A stretch of 34,343 nt of DNA from Nitrosomonadales bacterium (GTDB lineage: Bacteria > Pseudomonadota > Gammaproteobacteria > Burkholderiales > Gallionellaceae): NCBI GenBank assembly GCA_031393845.1, contig JANMWF010000014.1:1-34343 (forward strand). The letters are read 5' to 3'. Below are positions 1 through 8,152 of the stretch, piece by piece. The position numbers and the translations under genes are program-made. Numbering within the stretch: position 1 is the first letter of the stretch; every line of letters starts with the position of its first letter. The notes under the pieces are model-generated. The model saw only the letters and a list, made by a program, of their open reading frames with translations. It was not told the origin of the DNA and made no database searches.

Positions 1-29
1 CACACCAAGTGAACTATATTTAAAAAAAT

Positions 30-56
30 TAAAGTCTTGCCATTGTCTGCCGATAA
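30..56 (+). promoter_or_regulatory. sigma28 (FliA) promoter, copy 1
   Basis: TAAA(30-33)-N15-GCCGATAA(49-56), exact match to the FliA consensus. Confidence 0.85.
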
Positions 57-62
57 CACAAA

Positions 63-100
63 TAGAGGCTTGAATTTGCCCCCTTGCAGATTCAATTTTT
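63..100 (+). ncRNA. Candidate small antisense RNA: hairpin with CCCCUU loop followed by a U-tract
   Basis: Stem 70-79/86-95 (one G-U), loop CCCCTT at 80-85, then TTTTT at 96-100; lies just downstream of a sigma28 promoter; complementary to the flhD RBS. The 5' end is estimated. Confidence 0.5.
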
Positions 101-172
101 CAATAAAAATACATATATTTCAATTGTTTGATGTAAAATGCATACCAAGTGAAATATATTTTTAAATATAAT

Positions 173-199
173 TAAAGTTTTGCTATTGTCTGTCGATAA
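173..199 (+). promoter_or_regulatory. sigma28 (FliA) promoter, copy 2
   Basis: TAAAGTTT(173-180)-N11-GTCGATAA(192-199). Confidence 0.8.
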
Positions 200-205
200 C
201 AAAAA

Positions 206-343
206 TGTAAGCTTGAATTTGTCCCCTTGCAGATTCAGGTAAGCATGTAATCCTCCACTTAAACCTGATACGAGTAAGCAGAGGCTTGTCTATCCGTGTA
301 GGAAAGTTTCTTACAAAGAGATCAGAAGTCTTCTGATTTCTTT
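206..343 (+). ncRNA. Candidate sRNA or 5' leader, copy 2 (anti-RBS hairpin 211-240, possible terminator hairpin 315-343)
   Basis: Stem 211-222/229-240 with loop CCCCTT; 217-235 pairs with 393-411; boundaries are inferred. Confidence 0.4.
315..343 (+). terminator. Hairpin, possible terminator or attenuator upstream of flhD
   Basis: aaagagatcagaa-gtc-ttctgatttcttt, 13 bp stem with one G-U and a U-rich 3' side. Confidence 0.4.
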
Positions 344-412
344 CTGTTCGTCCGTGTAGCAATATTCAACCGTCGAAAAAGACAGTGTTGTTAATTTGCA
401 AGGGGACGAATC

Positions 413-733
413 ATGAATACAGATCAACTTCATCAAGAAATTAAAGAAGCCAATCTTTCTTATATGTTGCTTGCGCGGCAGATGATTCAGGAAGACAAGG
501 AGGCAGCTATTTTTCGTCTTGGCATTAACCAAGAAATGGCTGAACTCATCGCCGGCTTAAGCTCAGCACAATTACTCAAAATGGCGGCATCCAATATGTT
601 GTTGTGCCGCTTTCGCTTTGATGAAAAGCTTCTGCTCAATATGATTACCGATTACAACAAGAACAGGATGATGTCGCAAGCACATACCACCATCCTGATG
701 GCTGGGCAGCCTTTGGAGGCTCTAGCTGCTTGA
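413..733 (+). CDS. flhD: Flagellar master regulator FlhD
   Basis: EIKEANLSYMLLARQMI..D...AIFRLGI and LLCRFRF motifs; upstream of flhC; RBS AAGGGG at 400-405. Confidence 0.97.
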   Translation: MNTDQLHQEIKEANLSYMLLARQMIQEDKEAAIFRLGINQEMAELIAGLSSAQLLKMAASNMLLCRFRFDEKLLLNMITDYNKNRMMSQAHTTILMAGQPLEALAA

Positions 734-762
734 CGTAAATCAACTATTGGTGGGGGTATACC

Positions 763-1320
763 ATGCGAAACAAGAGTGTTGTCACTGAAGCTTACCAAAT
801 CCAGATCGCCGTGGATTTAATCAAGCTAGGAGCACGTTTACAATTGCTGCAGGAAGAAACCGCTTTAAGTCGTGAACGTTTGCTTAAGCTGTACAAGGAA
901 ATAAAGGGTGTTTCGCCGTCCAAGGGTATGCTGCCCTATTCAACCGACTGGTTCATGAGCTGGTCGCCTAACATTCATTCTTCGCTATTTATGGACATTC
1001 ATCAGTTTATGCTGACGCATACCCGCTTAACGGGCGTTGAGGCGCTTATTAAAAGTTATTGTTTATACCTTGAGCAAATCAATGCTAGCGGCGATGAGCC
1101 GATATTGAGTGTTACACGTGCATGGTTTCTAGTACGGTTCTTTGATGCAAAGATGCTGCAACTGACAGGCTGCACTGAATGTGGTGGACATTTCATAGCG
1201 CATGCCAATGGACTGTATGCCGACTATGTGTGTGGCATATGTCGTCCACCCTCTCGTGCCGGGAAAACAAAAAAGAACGCCGTAGCATCAAGTTTGTTGG
1301 CATTAAGTATGGCGAATTAA
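763..1320 (+). CDS. flhC: Flagellar master regulator FlhC
   Basis: LGARLQ, KGMLPYSTDWF, Zn ligands CTECGG...CGIC, PPSRAGK. Confidence 0.97.
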   Translation: MRNKSVVTEAYQIQIAVDLIKLGARLQLLQEETALSRERLLKLYKEIKGVSPSKGMLPYSTDWFMSWSPNIHSSLFMDIHQFMLTHTRLTGVEALIKSYCLYLEQINASGDEPILSVTRAWFLVRFFDAKMLQLTGCTECGGHFIAHANGLYADYVCGICRPPSRAGKTKKNAVASSLLALSMAN

Positions 1321-1344
1321 AGTTTTATTATCGGGTGCCGTTAC
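1318..1344 (+). promoter_or_regulatory. sigma28 promoter for motAB, overlapping the flhC stop codon
   Basis: TAAAGTTT-N11-GCCGTTAC. Confidence 0.75.
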
Positions 1345-1511
1345 CATCACAAAATGCTATGTGGAATAATAATGATGATGTTTGCGCTATTCGGCAGTAT
1401 GAATGCACGAAATAATGTCGATTTATCAGATTTTTTTCCGAAGCTTTTCCAGAAGCTGATACTGCACTGCCACAAACAATCGCTTTGCGCGCAACTCAAG
1501 GGAGTTGAGCC

Positions 1512-2366
1512 ATGTTGGTAATTGTCGGATACGTAATAATTTTAATTTCTGTGTTCGGCGGCTATGCGTTAGCAGGCGGGCATTTGGCTTCCTTGCTTCA
1601 GCCAATTGAGCTGTTGATGATAGCAGGTGCTGGTACGGGCGCTTTTTTAGTGGGAAATAGCGGCAAAACAATCAAGGCTACTTTGAAAGCATTGCCTAGT
1701 ATATTTAAGGGCGCTAAATATACTAAAGATCACTATATGGAACTAATGGCTCTACTCTATGAGTTGCTAGGCAAAATTCGCAAGGAAGGATTAATGGCCA
1801 TTGAAAACGATATTGAGAATACAAATGAGAGCCCTCTCTTTGCCAAGTATCCAAAAGTAATGGCTGATCATCATATAATTGAATTTATGGCAGATTATCT
1901 GCGAATCATGTTGAGCGGCAACCTGAATGCGATGGAAATCGAGAACCTGATGGATGTAGAAATAGAAACCCATCACCATGAGGCAATGGTACCGTCGCAT
2001 GTACTCGCCAAGTTTGGTGACGCCTTGCCAGCTTTCGGTATAGTTGCGGCGGTTATGGGGGTTGTACATACCATGGGGTCTGTTGGAATACCGCCCGCCG
2101 AATTGGGCGTGCTGATCGGTGCAGCATTGGTTGGTACTTTTCTCGGTATCCTGCTGGCTTATGGTTTCGTCGGCCCGTTGGCGACTTTACTGGAGCAAAA
2201 AGCAGAGGAGTCGAGCAAAATGTTCCAGACAGTCAAGGTTACATTGCTGGCTAATCTGAATGGCTACGCTCCAGCGATGGCGGTAGAGTTTGGTCGTAAG
2301 GTACTCAATTCTACTGAACGTCCCAGTTTTATCGAGTTGGAAGAACACGTCAAACAAAAGCGTTGA
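1512..2366 (+). CDS. motA: Flagellar stator MotA
   Basis: RKEGLMAIE, DALPAFGIVAAVMGVV, ALVGTFLGILLAYG, AVEFGRK. Confidence 0.97.
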   Translation: MLVIVGYVIILISVFGGYALAGGHLASLLQPIELLMIAGAGTGAFLVGNSGKTIKATLKALPSIFKGAKYTKDHYMELMALLYELLGKIRKEGLMAIENDIENTNESPLFAKYPKVMADHHIIEFMADYLRIMLSGNLNAMEIENLMDVEIETHHHEAMVPSHVLAKFGDALPAFGIVAAVMGVVHTMGSVGIPPAELGVLIGAALVGTFLGILLAYGFVGPLATLLEQKAEESSKMFQTVKVTLLANLNGYAPAMAVEFGRKVLNSTERPSFIELEEHVKQKR

Positions 2367-2401
2367 GTTGAATAGAAAATTCATATTGAGAGAGCTGCAA
2401 C

Positions 2402-3364
2402 ATGGCGAGCGACGATAAAAGACTTATAGTAGTTAAACGTATTAAGAAGGTGGCGGGCGGGCATCACGGCGGCGCATGGAAAATTGCTTACGCCGATTTT
2501 GTTACTGCAATGATGGCATTTTTTCTGTTGATGTGGCTGTTGGGTTCGACTGCTAAAGGTGATTTGAAAGGTATCTCTGCGTATTTTAATACGCCGCTCA
2601 AGGTTGCACTGTTAGGCGGATCTGGTAGCGGCGATAGCTCCAGCCTGATTAAGGGGGGGGGTAAGGACTTGACGCGTAGTGAAGGCCAAGTGAAGCAAGG
2701 GGAGCTTCCGACTGAAAAGAAGACAGTCAATCTGAAGGTGGCAACTGAAGAAGCTTTGCGTATTGAAAGGCGCAAAGAGCTGGACAATCTCAAGATGTTG
2801 AAAACCAGCCTGGAAAAGGCGATCGACGCCGACGCAAAGCTACAACAATTCAAGAAGCAAATTATGCTTGACATTACCACTGAAGGCCTGCGCATCCAAA
2901 TCGTGGATGAAGAAAATCGTCCCATGTTTCAGAGTGGAAGTGCAAAACTTGAATCTTACTCTAAAGTAATTTTGCGTGAAATTGGTAATATGCTGAATCA
3001 AGTACCAAACAAGGTGAGCTTATCGGGGCATACAGATGCTCGACAATACTCTTTTGGAGAAAAAGGTTACAGCAATTGGGATCTGTCGGCAGATCGTGCC
3101 AATGCCTCGCGACGCGAGTTGATTGCGGGCGGGATGGCGGAGGAAAAAATGGTACGGGTAGTGGGATTGTCTTCTGCTGTGCTGTTCGACGCGAAAGATC
3201 CATTTAATCCGATTAACCGTCGCATCAACATTATCGTGATGAACAAAATGGCAGAAGAGTCTGTACGCACTGATGGAGGTACAGTCGAAGTGGAAGCTGA
3301 AAGCGGACCGTCTGCCCAGCAGTTAATAAAAAGCAATATTGAGAGCAACAATAGCCATCGATAA
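2402..3364 (+). CDS. motB: Flagellar stator MotB
   Basis: HHGGAWKIAYADFVTAMMAFF plus OmpA-like domain (GHTD, NWDLSADRA, NRRI). Confidence 0.97.
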   Translation: MASDDKRLIVVKRIKKVAGGHHGGAWKIAYADFVTAMMAFFLLMWLLGSTAKGDLKGISAYFNTPLKVALLGGSGSGDSSSLIKGGGKDLTRSEGQVKQGELPTEKKTVNLKVATEEALRIERRKELDNLKMLKTSLEKAIDADAKLQQFKKQIMLDITTEGLRIQIVDEENRPMFQSGSAKLESYSKVILREIGNMLNQVPNKVSLSGHTDARQYSFGEKGYSNWDLSADRANASRRELIAGGMAEEKMVRVVGLSSAVLFDAKDPFNPINRRINIIVMNKMAEESVRTDGGTVEVEAESGPSAQQLIKSNIESNNSHR

Positions 3365-3487
3365 TTTTAAATGAGCATTTCTGCTATGCACGGTAGGCAA
3401 TATTATTTCCAGTCTGCGTTGATGTTCTTGAAACATGATTTTTAGTTGTTCATTACTGCCGAGATATCCACGTGCTTTTCAGTCCAT

Positions 3488-3515
3488 TGAAAATGAATGT
3501 GCTTATTCATTTTCA
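3488..3515. promoter_or_regulatory. Perfect 11 bp inverted repeat (operator-like or weak terminator)
   Basis: TGAAAATGAAT-gtgctt-ATTCATTTTCA. Confidence 0.4.
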
Positions 3516-4090
3516 TGTATTAGTGGTATTCGTGTGGCTTAAACGATTTGCTTATTTACTTTTTATAGCCATCGTCCTATTATGTGGCACTCGCCAATAT
3601 GAATAAGTTAAAGGTGAGGCACGTGAAACTGAGTGGGACTAAAAGTTGACGATTGGTTGTCTTATTTTAAATTTAAGACACTTGCTGGCTTCTCCATGAA
3701 GTTAATCAGTTGCGGCGTGATAAGTTGTATGCAGTTATCCATGTGGTCTATGTAATTCGATCAAATGGACGTGGTATCGTAATTGAAACAATATGTTATG
3801 TATTATGCATTTAATAAAAATGGAATAATGATTTATCAGGAGAATACTTTATACGTATGTTTTTTTCTGTAGCCGGTGAATCTTAATTTTAGTATCAATG
3901 AGTTATGTGGATATTGAAATAAATTAAATTCAATAAAAACTGTTTGGTACTATGGTGAACTTGTATATTGATTTACTTCCATAATGATTATTTGCACACT
4001 TAACGTAATAGCAATAAAAGCTTGTAGGAGTGAGGCACATTTCACCCCCACTCAACTATCCTCGTAAGATTTGATATTAAGGAGCTTATA

Positions 4091-4519
4091 ATGAAAAAAA
4101 CTGTTATGAATCTAGCTATCGTTTCCTGTTTTGCATTTGGCATTTCATTAGCGCAAGCTTCTGCCCATGGAAATGGGCATGAAGCTGCCAGCACTGATGA
4201 TGGGCATGCTCATGATACGTCGGGTAACTATTTCAAGAAAGCAGATATAAGTGGTCAAGCACAAAATATTAAGGTTGATGCTAAAGGAGTTCGCCTTCCC
4301 TATAACATGGCTGCAGACATGCCAAGTGTAGGTGATAGCGAGCATGGGGTAAGGGCAATGCATGGCCAACCCGATCCATACCGTGTAGCCCATAATGTAG
4401 CAAAGCCAGTAGTTGAATCCAATAAGAATTGGTGCATGGTAGGAACTAATAATCCATCAGGATCTTGCTTTAATGCATACCCTACTAGTTCTGGAAGAAA
4501 TTATTATAATGCCAGATAA
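4091..4519 (+). CDS. Hypothetical secreted protein with His-rich N-terminus
   Basis: Strong RBS TAAGGAG; Sec signal MKKT...LAQA; HGNGH..GHAHD; two Cys near the C-terminus. Confidence 0.8.
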   Translation: MKKTVMNLAIVSCFAFGISLAQASAHGNGHEAASTDDGHAHDTSGNYFKKADISGQAQNIKVDAKGVRLPYNMAADMPSVGDSEHGVRAMHGQPDPYRVAHNVAKPVVESNKNWCMVGTNNPSGSCFNAYPTSSGRNYYNAR

Positions 4520-4559
4520 TACTTGGTAACATGGCACCATGATGTTTACGTAAAAATCG

Positions 4560-4594
4560 AACGACAAGCCAGCAGCAATGCTGGCCTTGCCGTT
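4560..4594 (+). terminator. Stem-loop downstream of the secreted-protein gene
   Basis: gccagca-GCAA-tgctggc with an extended outer stem (aacgacaa/ttgccgtt); no clear U-tract. Confidence 0.5.
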
Positions 4595-4791
4595 CATGCA
4601 TTACATAATATTTTTGATTATTTTCGGCACCGACATTTTTACTTTTAGTCGGCATCAGCGATTCGCCTCCCGTATTTCACTCCACCTCCGCCACTACGTG
4701 CTTTCACTTCCAGCTTGATTTGTGTGTGTTTGTTTTCGGCGGATTCAAGTTCGAAGTGCAACACATTGCCAATTCACCTTTATTGCATAAA

Positions 4792-4971
4792 GGGCACCTC
4801 TAAAAATCCAATTTTGCGAGCAGCCGCTTTGCGGCTTGCCTGCTTACCCCGTTTCGTCACAATACGGCGTTACTCGAAAAAAATTATCGCTTACATATCA
4901 ACTATATGCCGCGCTTAAATTTTTTACTCGTGCTTTGTCTTGCCTAGAAACTTGAATTTTTAGAGGTGCCC
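4792..4971. mobile_element. 180 bp IS5-like MITE nested in the IS30-like element
   Basis: TIRs GGGCACCTCTAAAAATcCAA / TTGaATTTTTAGAGGTGCCC; 4 bp target duplication TAAA at 4788-4791 and 4972-4975. Confidence 0.85.
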
Positions 4972-4987
4972 TAAAGACCAAGGGGTT

Positions 4988-5063
4988 GATACTTCTGGCG
5001 GGGTCAAGGCGCGGCTAAGCTGCGCCACGTGTGGTGCTTGCCCTTGATGCCGCCAGAAGTATC
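4988..5063. repeat. Long internal hairpin of the outer MITE
   Basis: gatacttctggcggggtcaagg ... ccttgatgccgccagaagtatc, 20/22 inverted match. Confidence 0.8.
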
Positions 5064-5157
5064 GATCAAACTTAAAAAGTTAATGAGAGCGCCTGGTGCA
5101 ACCCGTGTTGCACTTCGAACTTGAATCCGCCCAATGGTTTTTCTTGAATATTGAAAA

Positions 5158-6096
5158 TTATATAGCGCCAGCCTGATGTGCCTGCTCATCGGCATGGTAG
5201 CTACTACGCACCATCGGTCCGCAGGCTGCATGTGAGAATCCCATTCCCAGCGCGGACTGCTCGAACATTTTGAAGGTGTCCGGGTGGACATAACGTAACA
5301 CCGGCAGATGACTGTCGGAGGGTTGCAAATATTGTCCCAGCGTGAGCATTTGTACATCGTGCGCGCGCATGTCTCTCATTACCTGTAGTACCTCCTCGTC
5401 AGTCTCGCCCAGTCCCAGCATCAAGCCGGATTTTGTTATCACCTGTGGAAAGCGCATTTTGAAATCTTTTAATAATTTGAGCGAATGAGTGTAGTCAGCG
5501 CCGGGACGCGCCAGTTTGTAGAGGCGCGGCACGGTTTCCATATTGTGGTTAAGTACGTCAGGTAGGCTATTCGCCAGAATGTCCAACGCGGTATCCAGGC
5601 GGCCACGAAAATCCGGTACCAGTGTTTCCAGCTTGGTATGTGGTGAAGTAGCGCGAATGGCAGTCAGACAATCGATGAAATGTTGCGCGCCCCCATCCCG
5701 CAGATCGTCGCGATCCACGCTGGTGATGACCACATACTTAAGCTTGAGTATCGCAATGGATTGCGCCAGATGTGCCGGTTCGTTAGCATCTGGCGCCAGC
5801 GGTTTGCCGTGCCCTACGTCGCAGAAGGGGCAGCGTCGTGTGCAGAGATCGCCTAGAATCATGAAGGTGGCCGTTCCCTTGCTGAAGCATTCGCCAATGT
5901 TGGGGCAAGAGGCTTCTTCACACACAGTGTGCAATTTGTGTTCACGTAGCAGGCGTTTGACATCGTGATAACCTTGCCCGCTACCGGATTTAACGCGTAT
6001 CCATTCTGGTTTGCGTAGTCGTTGCTCTAGCTGAACAATTTTGATTGGATTACGTGTTGTTTTAGCTGCGCCAGTTTGCTTTTCTATTATAGTCAT
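5158..6096 (-). CDS. lipA: Lipoyl synthase (radical SAM)
   Basis: [26 protein letters not shown]; start reassigned to ATG at 6096 with RBS AAGGA. Confidence 0.97.
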   Translation of the reverse strand: MTIIEKQTGAAKTTRNPIKIVQLEQRLRKPEWIRVKSGSGQGYHDVKRLLREHKLHTVCEEASCPNIGECFSKGTATFMILGDLCTRRCPFCDVGHGKPLAPDANEPAHLAQSIAILKLKYVVITSVDRDDLRDGGAQHFIDCLTAIRATSPHTKLETLVPDFRGRLDTALDILANSLPDVLNHNMETVPRLYKLARPGADYTHSLKLLKDFKMRFPQVITKSGLMLGLGETDEEVLQVMRDMRAHDVQMLTLGQYLQPSDSHLPVLRYVHPDTFKMFEQSALGMGFSHAACGPMVRSSYHADEQAHQAGAI

Positions 6097-6226
6097 AATG
6101 GTTTTTCCTTTTAGCTGGTTTGCATGCAAGGCGTGCTCTTGCATAAGCCATTGTTCATTTTGTTGTAGGAGCGTGTCTTGTATGAAGTCTTAATTTTTTG
6201 CAGGAGCCTGCTTCTGCAAATATGCA

Positions 6227-6859
6227 TTATTGGGCCGATTTCTCTGATTTATGTTGTTGTAATAGTTTGATCAAATTCTGTGCAAGTTGCAGTTCCAGTT
6301 CGGACCGTGGAGCGCAGATACCCAAGTCTTTCGTTTGGATAACACGCAATCCGGCAAACCCACAGGGGTTAATGTAAGCGAACGGGGCAAGATCCATGTC
6401 TACGTTGAACGCCAATCCGTGATAGCAGCATCCATTGCGGATTTTTAATCCGAGTGCGGCAATTTTTGCGCCATCTACATATACGCCCGGTGCTTCCTCT
6501 CGCCCCTGAGCTATTACGCCGAATGGTGCAAGCAAATCTACCACAGCCTGTTCCATTAGCCTTACCAGCCCACGCACGTTAAGTTTCCAGTGGCGTAAAT
6601 CCAGCATAAGGTAAGCAACGACTTGGCCGGGGCCATGGTAGGTAATCTGGCCGCCGCGATCGATCTTGACTACCGGTATGTCGCTGGCATGCAGAAGGTG
6701 TTCCGGTTTTCCTGCCAAGCCTTGGGTATAAACTGGAAAATGATGTAGTAGCCAGATTTCGTCTCGCGTGTCGGCATTACGTGCACCGGTGAACTGTTTC
6801 ATTGCTTGCCAGGTTTGCTGGTATTCGACCAGGCCTAGATGTTTTATCAGCGGTACCAT
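6227..6859 (-). CDS. lipB: Octanoyltransferase LipB
   Basis: [32 protein letters not shown]. Confidence 0.96.
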   Translation of the reverse strand: MVPLIKHLGLVEYQQTWQAMKQFTGARNADTRDEIWLLHHFPVYTQGLAGKPEHLLHASDIPVVKIDRGGQITYHGPGQVVAYLMLDLRHWKLNVRGLVRLMEQAVVDLLAPFGVIAQGREEAPGVYVDGAKIAALGLKIRNGCCYHGLAFNVDMDLAPFAYINPCGFAGLRVIQTKDLGICAPRSELELQLAQNLIKLLQQHKSEKSAQ

Positions 6860-6863
6860 TTCA

Positions 6864-7130
6864 CTAAAGTACCATCACTACTTGTGGGTGGTCACACAAT
6901 TCTTGATACAGTGCATTGAGTTGCTCGCGTGAAGTGGCGTGCACGGTACAGGTCAGACCGATATAGCGTGCGCCGCTACTGGGGCGCATTTCCATAGTGG
7001 CGGCGTTAAAGTCGTGATCGTAACGCATTACCACGTCCGCCACTGCTTGCGCGAAACCCTGATGCGACAGCCCTAACACCTTGATTGGAAAGTCGCATGG
7101 GTATTCGATAAGGCTGTCAGTTAGTGCCAT
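6864..7130 (-). CDS. ybeD: YbeD/DUF493 family protein
   Basis: [15 protein letters not shown]...[20 protein letters not shown]; conserved position upstream of lipB; start reassigned to ATG at 7130. Confidence 0.9.
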   Translation of the reverse strand: MALTDSLIEYPCDFPIKVLGLSHQGFAQAVADVVMRYDHDFNAATMEMRPSSGARYIGLTCTVHATSREQLNALYQELCDHPQVVMVL

Positions 7131-7272
7131 GGATAACTTGGTAAGTTTAGGATATTCTATCCCCAAGAAGGCAGGGATCCAGTTTGATTGTTTTGATTAC
7201 AGTTCAATAAAATTTATTAACTCTCGATATCTGCCAAGTTGTTAGCTAACCACACGAGAATGTCGAGTTTTC

Positions 7273-8130
7273 TTACGTCTTTCGCATTACGTCGCGCTTA
7301 TAGTCCTGATAAAGTTTATGTAGTTTGGCGAACATCACTCCGGGTTTGCCATCGCCTACCGGTTTATTATCTAATGTGGTGATGGCAAGTACTTCCTTGG
7401 TGGAGGAGGTGAGTAAAAGCTCATCGGCGTTGAATATTTCGTCCTTGGCAATCTTGCGAACTTTATGAGGAATGTTGTTGTTAGCGGCGATTTCCAGCAA
7501 TACGTCGTAGGTGATTCCAGGCAGCATTAGATTGTCTTTAGGCGGGGCGAGAAGGACGCCATTTTTTACCAAAAAAATGTTGCTGGCTGCGCCTTCAGTC
7601 ATGAAATCATCATCACGGATTAAAATAGTTTCGGCACAGCCAGCGTCTATCGCCATTTGGCGTAGCAGCACGTTAGGTAAAAGTGAGATGGCCTTGATGT
7701 CACAACGCAGCCAGCGGTTATCCGGCGCGCTTATCGCCCCCACGCCACTGGTAAGTAACGCGGTGGGTGGTGTGAGAAGCGGATTGCTCATCATGAATAT
7801 GGTCGGCTGAACCGAAGGGTTGGGAAAAGCATGGTCGCGTTTGGCCACCCCACGCGTGATATGCAGATATAAATACTGATCTTCGGCTGTGTTGCGTTCG
7901 ATCAGATCCGTGATGAGCTTAGTCCATTCCTGGTCACTGTGCGGGTTTGTCAGGCGTATGCCGTCCAAGCTGAATTGCAGGCGCTTGAGATGTTCGGCCA
8001 GACGGAAAGCAAAGCGCGAATACACCGGGATAACTTCATATACGCCATCGCCGAAAATGAAGCCACGATCCAGCACGGGAATGCGGGCTTCTTCAATGGG
8101 CATGAATTGCCCGTTCAAATAGACTGTCAT
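7273..8130 (-). CDS. dat: D-amino acid aminotransferase (PLP class IV)
   Basis: LDRGFIFGDGVYEV, RWLRCDIKAISLL, EGAASN, LPGIT; start ATG at 8130 with RBS AAGGA. Confidence 0.9.
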   Translation of the reverse strand: MTVYLNGQFMPIEEARIPVLDRGFIFGDGVYEVIPVYSRFAFRLAEHLKRLQFSLDGIRLTNPHSDQEWTKLITDLIERNTAEDQYLYLHITRGVAKRDHAFPNPSVQPTIFMMSNPLLTPPTALLTSGVGAISAPDNRWLRCDIKAISLLPNVLLRQMAIDAGCAETILIRDDDFMTEGAASNIFLVKNGVLLAPPKDNLMLPGITYDVLLEIAANNNIPHKVRKIAKDEIFNADELLLTSSTKEVLAITTLDNKPVGDGKPGVMFAKLHKLYQDYKRDVMRKT

Positions 8131-8152
8131 TTTATGATCCTTAAAGAAGCCA

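Larger units (their letters stand above)
1..237 (+). repeat. Tandem duplicated ~95 bp unit (copy 1 at 1-94, copy 2 at 141-237), each with a sigma28 promoter plus hairpin
   Basis: caCaccaagtgaaCtatatt...taaagt...ttgtctgccgataac...gcttgaatttgcccccttgcagattca aligns with caTaccaagtgaaAtatatt...taaagt...ttgtctgtcgataac...gcttgaatttgtccccttgcagattca. Confidence 0.9.
4738..5131. mobile_element. IS30-like non-autonomous element (MITE) with perfect 27 bp terminal inverted repeats
   Basis: GGCGGATTCAAGTTCGAAGTGCAACAC (4738-4764) and its exact reverse complement (5105-5131); the right end reads ...RVALRT*, resembling IS30 transposase C-termini. Confidence 0.8.

Noticed and set aside
1-240. CRISPR array
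   Set aside because: Only two long imperfect copies, no repeat-spacer periodicity and no cas genes.
3976-3998. Fur box (ataatgattatttgc)
   Set aside because: About 12/19 match in very AT-rich DNA; not distinguishable from chance.
4715-5357. ORFs 4715-4918 and 5004-5357
   Set aside because: They lie within the nested MITEs or in an alternative frame of lipA; no protein signature.
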